NCBI GenBank assembly: GCA_951406725.2
Contig: OX597815.1
Coordinates: 204,104,001 to 204,168,000 of the forward strand
Length of the DNA: 64,000 nucleotides
Origin: Octopus vulgaris
Lineage: Eukaryota
Reading direction: 5' to 3'
Shown one piece after another: positions 54,003 through 64,000 of the stretch (the first letter of the stretch is position 1; each line of letters begins with the position of its first letter). The translations under genes were made by a program, and so were the position numbers. The notes below the pieces were generated by a model. The model was given only the letters and a program-made list of their open reading frames with translations. It was not told where the DNA came from and searched no databases.

Positions 54003-54184
54003 TATATATGTATAAAGAGAGATAGATAGATAGATATATAGATAGATAGATAGATAGATTTATAGATAGGTACACAAATAGATAGACAAAGGTATAGATT
54101 AATTGGTACATTCATATATGCATAGATGCATACTACATGCATATGTGTATGTATATGTATGATGTATTTACGCGAGTGTATACA

Positions 54185-54242
<58 letters not shown>

Positions 54243-55250
54243 TATGTATATGTATATATACTGAAATAAGAGAGAGATAAATAGATAGATAATAGACATA
54301 TATGATATACGTACGTTTATGTATATATATGTATATATGTATTCTGTATGCATACATGCATGTGTGTATGTATGTATATATGTATGTATGTTTGTATGTG
54401 TAAGATTATAAATGTAACGTCTTCAGCAGGAAATAAGCTCCGAAGAATCCTTGTATAAAAACGCAAATGGAATATTAAATGTAATACTAAGCGAATCTAG
54501 GATGTTGAACCTGAGAGGTAAAGTAAAGATAAAGCTAAATGAAATGCAGTCGTTGTCTCTTAATTTATCTCAAGTCATTAATGCCTAATTTGATCATATT
54601 TACTCATCTACTTTCATTACTTTAATATTTTCATTACTAATGATTTTGCCTAATATATTTTCGTAATCATGCACAACTCAGCTTCTTACATAATAATTTA
54701 TAATAGCAATTTTCCGATCATTCTATTCATTATATTTGTGTCAGTGGGTCGTGCAACAATTTCCTGTGATTCTTTATCTTCTATATTAATAATCAAACAT
54801 TGTCACAGTTTAATTCACGATTGTGCATATGTACAGATATGAACATATACACATGCGCATATATAAACGTATATAGCATAAGCACACGTATAAACACACT
54901 TGCTTTTCTGTATCTACGCCTCTGCACATTCTATCAAAATATCATTCTGCCAGTCACTCTATTGTATATTCCATTTTGCTCTTTAGTGCGTGTGACCCAA
55001 TTCTACTCTTGATAAGTTGTAGCACCCAGCTTTGCAGACACCTACACATACCCACATGCACAAAAATAAACATATACATGTTTGTGTATGTGTGTGTGTG
55101 TATGTGTATGTGTGTGTATGTGTGAGAGAAAGATGTATGTATGCATATGCATATACACAGGCATATATGCGTACCTATATACACTCACATATATTTATGT
55201 ATGAAAGAATATATATATATATGAATGAATATGTCTATGTATGTAATTAT

Positions 55251-55463
55251 GATCGCCATGTTGATTTGCTAGCTTCTGCACGCATTTTGTTTCTCCTTGT
55301 TTCTTTCCGTGTTTCTTTTCTGTGTATCTTTCTGTTGAAGAGCGTAGGCTCGAAACATAAAAGACTTGTTTTATTTATATTCCTGAGCGCCATACTAATA
55401 CAATTGTTTGTTTGTATTCCACCTGCCTTTCTCTTTTGTTTATTTTCATAAAGCTTCCCGTTA
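55251..55463 (+). mobile_element. ~220-bp HHR-like element, third copy
   Basis: TCTTT-CTGTTGA-A-GAGC-gtag-GCTC-GAAA-CA-TA-AAAGA at 55327-55364. Confidence 0.7.
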
Positions 55464-55689
55464 TGTAATTATGTATGTATATATGTATGTATGTTTGTTT
55501 GTACGCATGTATGTATGTTAGTATGTGTGTATGTTTTGTGTATGTATGAATGTATGCATGTATGAAAGGAATCTATACAGGACCGACGCTCATTTTATTT
55601 CTGTAATTTGTGTAATGTATAACTCGAGAGAAATAAAACAATATCTTACAAATTTTAAAAACTTCATCTCTTGACATTGGGAAATAACT

Positions 55690-56450
55690 ATAAGGTAACT
55701 ACTTTTCTAAATGTAACATTGGATCTTAATACGAGCCTGTATTGTCCATACCATAAACAGAATGAGAAATACGGTAAAAAATTCCAATAACTGTAAAGCA
55801 GTTATTGAGCCTATACTTAAAAGAATTTCAACTAGAATATCCAGGCTGTCGGCTAATGAGGTGATTTTCGCCCAAAATGAGGACTACTATACTTTAGTAA
55901 CGACCAGATACGGAAATTATTCGATTCATGCAGGAAAAAAACGATTTATAAAAGCATAATTTTATTGCAAAGACGTCGTAATACAACTGGTTTAGGTGAT
56001 TTTGTTTCATAAAAGAAGTAACAAGAACAAGAATTCTATTAAACGCATGTTCTAATCTGGACTAATTTCTAACTAAGATACTCGAAAACAACACTTTTGC
56101 ACAAATCTCTATAGACGATAGCAGGAATTACGCTCCACTAAATGGTGCAAACGACTAAAAAAACTCTGGAACTTTCTTGAATACCATAATCCGAAACTGG
56201 ATGAAATAGGTAGTAGGTCTTAATCTACCAGAAGTGTAAGTAGTATATATAAAGTCGACAAGCTAAACTGAGATGATAATTATCACACCTCCTATGACCA
56301 CGGGAGAACGTGTAAATTTAGTATTAATCATGCACCATTCAATAATAATGAAATGTATAAAAATAGATTATGTTAGAGAAATATTACATGGTTCAGCCGC
56401 CTCTATTTTGGATTTAATATAACCTCGAATAACCTCGAGAATTTTCTTTA
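55690..56450 (+). mobile_element. Decayed Penelope-like element fragment (same type as 21940-23345)
   Basis: FLNVTLDLNTSLYCPYHKQNE; SNNCKAVIEPILKRISTRISRLSANEVIF; RNITWFS at ~56375. Confidence 0.7.
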
Positions 56451-56921
56451 AAGCACTGGGAATACGTGTTGACTATCAAGCAGATATGAAATCTTCAGTA
56501 ACATGAAAATTCTGTGTTCCACCACATCAAATTTATCAGGTAACATAGCAGAAATTAAGAATGAGAAATTAAACAGTATTAGTAACATGGAACATGCCTT
56601 TAATTACTTAAATAACAATTACAGTTCTACATCCTTTGAGAAAACTAAATTTGAGCCTGTTATAAATATTACAATGACAGATGTACCCACTCCTACTAGT
56701 AGCCGTAATACTGATTCGGTATATTATATCACTTCAGTTCATATCTCTAATAACATGTTTTACCTTCGGGATCATATTAAGTGCACTTTAAACAATCAAT
56801 GTTTTAAAAGCTAATTTAGTATATAAATTCTCAGATATGATGCCAAATAAAGTATATTAGTATATTGTTTACTCCAAATTTACATCCAAATTTATATTTT
56901 TATACATAATCATATACGATG

Positions 56922-57302
56922 AAAGCACTCCGTCGGTTACGACGACGAGGGTTCCGGTTGATTCGATCAACGGAACAGCCTGCTCGTGAAATTAACGTGT
57001 AAGTGGCTGAGCACTCCACAGACACGTGTACCCTTAACGTAATTCTCGGGGATATTCAGCGTGACACAGAGAGTGACAAGGCCGGCCCTTTGAAATACAG
57101 GTACAACAGAAACAGGAAGTAAGAGTGAGAGAAAGTTGTGGTGAAAGAGTACAGCAGGGATCACCACCCACCCCCTGCCGGAGCGTCGTGGAGCTTTAGG
57201 TGTTTTCGCTCAATAAACACTCACAACGCCCGGTCTGGGAATCGAAACCGCGATCCTATGACCGCGAGTTCGCTGCCCTAACCACTGGGCCATTGCGCCT
57301 CC
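56922..57302 (-). mobile_element. SINE family D flanked by a ~70-bp direct duplication
   Basis: Near-identical to 44381-44760; flanks 56843-56917 and 57301-57370 are colinear copies. Confidence 0.9.
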
Positions 57303-57506
57303 AAATAAAGTATATTAGTATATTGTGTACTACTGCATCCAAATTTATATTTTTACACATAATCATATACATTCCTTTTAGAATAAAATAGAAGCACTTA
57401 AACCCTTCTTCGCCAAACTAATTTAGGGTCTCAAAACGAGGAATAGTAGTTACTCCATATCATGGTTAATAATACAAACTGCACATCAGTATAAAGAGGA
57501 TGGGAG

Positions 57507-57724
57507 TACTCTTTACTCTTTTTTTTACTCTTTTACTTGTTTCAGTCATTTGACTGCGGCCATGCTGGAGCACCGCCTTTAATCGAGCAACTCGACCCTG
57601 GGACTTATTCTTTTGTAAGCCCAGTACTTATTCTATCAGTCTCTTTTGCCGAACCGCTAAGTAACGGGGACATAAACACACCAGCATCGGTTGTCAAGCA
57701 ATGCTAGGGGGACAAACACACACA

Positions 57725-57766
<42 letters not shown>

Positions 57767-57930
57767 TACGACGGGCTTCTTTCAGTTTCCGTCTACCAAA
57801 TCCACTCACAAGGCTTTGGTCGGCCCGGGACTATAGCAGAAGACACTTGCCCAAGATGCCACGCAGTGGGACTGAACCCGGAACCATGTGGTTGGTTAGC
57901 AAGCTACTTACCACACAGCCACTCCTGCGC
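57507..57930 (-). mobile_element. SINE family A, full length
   Basis: Match to the family consensus. Confidence 0.92.
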
Positions 57931-58705
57931 TGCAACTTGTGTGTTATGGAGGCACTGGAGATATGTAAATATAAGTTTAAACAAAATAGCCAATGTAACG
58001 AATTACTGACCCGGTTTTCCCACCAGTTTAATAAAAAGATTCTTTAAAATTTCAATTATATGACATAATTGAATACGATAATGTTAAAGAGAGTGTCCTT
58101 ATACCTCGCTTGAACTGCAGCTATATTACTAGCGAATCTATATAATGTCCTCTCTATCTCTAAATTTCCTGTTTTAAGAATTTTCTCTCGTAACTAATAA
58201 TCTGTTCAGTTTAATCGCAAACATCTGAGCCTTTCTGCCCATACTCATATTGAGCTCATAAACTATATACTGTACTTTTATTTGAGTTCTTTGCACTCTC
58301 GTTATTTTGGCATTTTTATACTTTTTATCATTCTAGTCATAGCACTCTTCTAAGAATATATATTACTAGGCTGCTGCTTCTTTGAACCTTTTCGCTTCTA
58401 TTCTCATCGTCTTACCTAGCCATCTTTAGTATATATACAATATATAAAGTATATCTCATCATTTTGATTAATATAAAATCTTCTACTGGTTATTGAAATG
58501 ATCGTCACTTATTAAAGATTGTAATACTGTCATTTTAATTCCTTTGATTGTTAACTTGAATAATTTGAGGTGAATCTACCAACTTAATGACCCATACATT
58601 TCCTTTCACTTACTGTTTGTCTCGAATGTTATTCATGTTAACGGGATATTTTTCTGATTTTCTTAACTACTGTTTGCACGGATATCATATGATTGTTGAC
58701 TTGAG

Positions 58706-58937
58706 GGCGGCGAGCTGGCAGAACCGTTAGCACGCCGGGCGAAATGCGTAGCCGTTTTTCGTCTGTCGATACGTTCCGAGTTCAAATTCCGCCGAGGTCG
58801 ACTTTGCCTTTCATCCTTTCGGGGGTCGATAAATTAAGTACCAGTTACGCACTGGGGTCGATGTAATCGACTTAATACCTATGTCTGTCCTTGTTTGTCC
58901 GCTCTGTGTTTAGCCCCTTGTGGGTAGTAAGGAAATA
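58706..58937 (+). mobile_element. SINE family B
   Basis: Full match to the family consensus. Confidence 0.92.
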
Positions 58938-59352
58938 GGTATGTGTGTGTAACTTGAAAGTAAACTTCGTAAACACATGGTCAAGATTTTCCTCATTTAT
59001 TAGTGATGGTCACGTATTATTACTTCTGTTCTTTCATATAATCAAAGGTTTCTGTCTTGTCATGCCCAATAATTTGGGAGAATCGAACTGCTCAACAATT
59101 TCTTGCAGTTCGTTCCAATACGGTTATAACAACTTATAGGCTATTGGTTACGTGCTAGTAGCATTTATGGGCAACACAATTTTTTCATTCTTTTCAGAAC
59201 ACGAGAATTTGAATATCAAAGCGTTCCAGAATAATTGAATCCAGAGTTACATTGTGGATACCTGAATACCTGTCTATATATGTAATGTATGTAAGTGCAT
59301 ACCTCTATTTCTTTCTCTCTCTTTCAATGTCTCTCTTCCTCCCCTCTCTCTG

Positions 59353-59353
<1 letters not shown>

Positions 59354-59449
<96 letters not shown>

Positions 59450-59570
59450 GGATGGATGGATGGATGGATGGATGGATGGATGGATGGATGGATGGATGGA
59501 TGGATGGATGGATAGATAGATAGATAGATAGACAAACAGACAGATAGACAAACAGACAGACAGACAGATG
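59354..59570. repeat. (GATA)n(GGAT)n(GACA)n compound microsatellite
   Basis: Direct reading. Confidence 0.95.
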
Positions 59571-60088
59571 TATAGGTGTGTGTGCGCGCAGTAAGAAGCT
59601 GGTGAGACAAAGCGGTAATAAGACAGTTTACTATCTAATCTATGTCATATTTCGCTACATATTTTTTTCAAAATATCACCTGAAATTCTTGTTGGATTCT
59701 TGTCCACATGCTCTGTATGACTTATCGTCTGTCCATTCAGTGAACCCCACTCAGTGAACCCCATTCAGTGAACTAGGCCATTTAACAGTCTCTTGGTTCT
59801 CTTTACCTTGCTGCCTCTCCCTATTAATTTCTATTTATTTCTGTATTTTAGAGCAAATGAGTGTGGCTACTTGGCTCATTTATTTCACTATTTATCGACA
59901 TATTTATTATTTTGGTCATTTGATATCTATTTTTTAACATTTATTCCACCCACCGATCAGCCTATCCATATATCTGGCTAAATAGCCAACTAACCAGCTC
60001 CTCAGTTTTCACATATACATACGTAAATACTTGCCGCTATCCATATATACACACGTAAATACTTGCATACACACACACGCAGACATAT

Positions 60089-60131
<43 letters not shown>

Positions 60132-61583
60132 AACATACACACACATGCGTACACATATCCAGATGACACATGGACACAAAGACATACTCATACACATACA
60201 TCGTGTGTGTCTACAAATATAGTATAATTTAGTGTACGGTAATTTTTAGTTCCTATCCTAACATAAAATATTAATCGTTCAAGTAGAATCATTAAAAAAG
60301 AAAAGAGACAATCGATAAACATTGAAGTTTATTGCAACATTATAGTAAAGTTTCTATTACTCCCACTTTTTGTATCATGTATTTTAAATGACGTTTTAAA
60401 TTATAAGCACAAACATTTCTGAATTGAGCTTCAAATACAAATTTGTTTCTTCAATTATTTTCCGTCTTACAGCAGCTTTTTTCGTCTGTTGGTTTTGCAT
60501 AGTAATCACTATCCAAATATTTTCGGCACAATTCATTGTTGAATCATGTATCAACTAAAATTAAAGGGGTGCTTCTTTAACCCAATAAATTTTTCACTTT
60601 GTAGTCGTTCTAATAATACTTTAACAACAGAATTTCTATCACCAGTGAAAGTCGTCCAGCTAAGTGGCTTTCATACGAGAAATTTTCTCCAATCAAACGC
60701 AGTATGGCACTCAAGCTAAAAGGATTATTATGAAGGACTTGGTTTTCCATATAAATAAACATGAATTGCTATTGTGACAATGTCACATGTCGACAATAAA
60801 ATTGAGCAGTTACCGGCTTTATATTCAAATCTATATTCACAGCTAAACCGAAAAATACAACACACGAACATACGGTCAATACATAATATGTATCATATTT
60901 AGAACACTTTTAATACGATGACAAATGTAATAATTTGAAGATCCAGTATATAACGAAATCTATTCGGTTGTAGAAGCACCACAGTGAAGCTGATTTTATG
61001 TATTCTTCAGAAATAGAAAGGTAATAAAAAGCTAATGAAAGCAAAGTTAGAGGAAAATAAATTTATTCAAAAGTTTATACTAACCAAACAATCTTTAACC
61101 GAAATATTTGCAAAGGTAATATCTAAGGGTACCAAATCCGTCCTGGATTGCGCCGAGAGACATAATTTGGCAAGAATATTTCGGTTGCTACCTGTGAACC
61201 AGAAGAAGAATCCCTTATCTAGTCCGCTGCTTCAACTTTACAAACGTTGACAAAAGATAATTAAATAGCGCAATGACCTGACTTTCAAGATTATAAGTCT
61301 TTCTCAAACGATGGTTTCACAAAGTTTATATGTGTCTCGTCTATAATACGCAGACTAATGGTATTTCAAGAGCACCCCATCAATAGACAGAAGAGAAAAA
61401 TTTATAAATCTTGACGATCATTCTTTTGGCGATCATTTATAATTTTGTTAAAACTGCTTTTTAAAGGCTAAGATTCCAGTAGCAGAATCGCAAAATACTT
61501 TATTCTTGGTCACTTGATTACATTTTGCAAAATTAAAAAGAGAGAATAACATTAAAAAAACACTGGTCATAAATATTCTAAAC

Positions 61584-61885
61584 CAGTGCTACTCAAAGTG
61601 ATAATCCGCGGACTGGTGCCGGTCCACGAGACATCATCAGCTGCCGGTATGCGGCGAGTTTCCTGAAAAGAAAGAAACGTTATAAAATGCTTATAAAATG
61701 ATTATGTAATGTTGTCTTATTTGTTTACAAAATAAATATGAGATGAAAAATTGTCAACTTTTATTATATTCATTATATATATTGTTTCCGGTATAAATTA
61801 ACATTACTAAGTAATATTACCGGTCCCTGGTACATTGGAAACAAAAACTGCCAATACGCCAGATCAGGTAGTTTGAGAAGCACTG
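61584..61885. mobile_element. hAT-Charlie-type MITE (302 bp)
   Basis: TIRs CAGTGCTACTCAAA / TTTGAGAAGCACTG; 8-bp TSD TTCTAAAC / CTCTGAAC resembling the NTCTAGAN Charlie target. Confidence 0.85.
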
Positions 61886-62021
61886 CTCTGAACCATCTCC
61901 TAAATATTCACTACAACCACCAGTTCACAGACTTACTGTTTCTTATCTCTACACTACTTAAAAAATGGACGCTTTTTCACTCTGACCTAGAAAACTGAAT
62001 ACCATCTCCAGCCACCCTCTC

Positions 62022-62570
<549 letters not shown>

Positions 62571-62749
62571 TGCAGTGAGTCGCACAAATTCAAAAGATAA
62601 GAGGAACACTAATACCTACCGAGTTCAAAGAGATATCTCCATAAAAAGCGATTGACACATTGAGTTATGATATGTACATGTTTATGAATAAAAGGAAAGA
62701 GCATAATATTCATATAAAAAAAGCACTTGTAAATCCCTCTTCGACTCAG

Positions 62750-63590
62750 GTGTTACACAATCATTAAAAGGTCGTTCATGTACATGATTATTAGCCTAGG
62801 CAGTGTGACGACTTTGTATTACCTTTGGCATTAATCACAGCTTTAATACATCCAGAAATTGACGCGTTCAAGTTTTGAACAGCTGTCAGGATAAATGTTA
62901 AGCCATTCTTAAAGTAGGATCTGCTTGGTGGGGAGAAAGTGGCTTCTCACTTGTTGCTCAAAAAATTTCTGATTATATTCAATTCTGATGATTGCGGGTC
63001 TAGTCCAGGTGTTCTACTTTACTTCTGTGTTGTTCGTCCCAATTTTGAATAACATTATCCGTTTGACTCCGCGCATTGTCGTCCAGGAAAATTGCCTAAC
63101 TCTCAGGGAACAATGTAACATTGGATGGACAGGAACAGTCAAAATATTCAGATAATCTTCCCCGTTAATTCTGACCTGTAGAACAACTAATGGGCCTACT
63201 ACAGAATTCCATTATTTGGCACCGAAATCTTTACAGAGCCACGTCCATACTTCTAAACAGTCAGAGTTGAAGGCATCTGTGTAATGTCACCAGACATAAT
63301 CACGCCCAAGTGGGGAAAACGAATTTATTCTGTTTAGTTATTAGCCACTTTTGATAGTCTAGACACCATTATTTTCGCTTATCATTGTTGATAGGAGACA
63401 GAAAAGTTTTAACAATGGCATACCTTTCTTTATATCCAGCTTTATAGAACTCACAACGAACGGATTTAGCAGACACAGGGATCCAAGATGGTGGTTTGGT
63501 TCTGATGTCATTTTTCTGCTGGAGTTCGATGATTTGTAGGCATGGATTTAGAATGTGTACCTCTCAAAATATTAAACACCTCAATTGTTT
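62750..63590 (-). mobile_element. Decayed Tc1-like transposase
   Basis: Minus strand: KYGRGSV..., GPLVVLQVRINGEDYLNIL, IFLDDNARSQ, PQSSELNIIRN (cf. PQSPDLNPIEN). Confidence 0.7.
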
Positions 63591-63785
63591 TTGAGACTAA
63601 ATCTCCAGATATATGCTCTTCAACAATTTATCCTCTTTGGAAGTCAGACGTTTATTTAAATATAAATATCTGCCAGAAGAGAAAAACACGGGACCACATC
63701 GTGAGGTACAAAGCATACACAATACATTTAAAAACATATACAGCCAAGAACACACCTGAATTTTTCATTGCTAAGAAAATAAATA

Positions 63786-64000
63786 CCGAAAATTCTCGAG
63801 TACAATCCACATTTTTTCCTCAAAATTTAAAGGTCAAAATCCCTAGTGCGTACTATATACGAGGTTAAAAATGAAAAATATTTTCTAAGCAATGTCCGAG
63901 TCTCTATTTGCTGTCCGGAAATGTTTATACAGACGCATTTTGTGATGTCGGGCGCGAAAATACCTTAGGCTAAGCCTGAAAGCAATGAAGTCATAAAAGA
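63786..64000. mobile_element. Left end of a probable pogo/Tc2-type DNA transposon or MITE (continues beyond the window)
   Basis: TA|CCGAAAATTCTCGAGTACAATCCAC with internal inverted copy GTGCGTACTATATACGAG. Confidence 0.5.

Noticed and set aside
56503-56814. 103-aa ORF in unique AT-rich sequence (also 61035-61250)
   Set aside because: No recognisable motif or splice context; length is compatible with chance

Overview
Animal genomic DNA, AT-rich and saturated with microsatellites. It is most likely a cephalopod (Octopus-like), inferred from the SINE families and repeat landscape. No prokaryotic features and no convincing intact host protein-coding gene are visible; nearly all listed ORFs are translations of microsatellites or repeats. 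The window is dominated by transposable elements: at least four tRNA-derived SINE families (about 25 copies, some nested or tandemly amplified), non-autonomous Helitrons, three mariner relics, a Tc1 relic, hAT MITEs, Tx1/L1-, R4/Dong-, CR1- and RTE-like LINE fragments, and two Penelope-like element (PLE) fragments. The most notable signal is several unrelated short elements carrying hammerhead-ribozyme (HHR) motifs beside microsatellites, including two fold-back elements with a hammerhead on each strand (30397-30734, 41537-41993). Also notable are a SINE family whose 3' tail matches an apparent Tx1/L1-like LINE tail, and several local templated insertions. All coordinates and alignments were read by eye; ends of degenerate elements are approximate.
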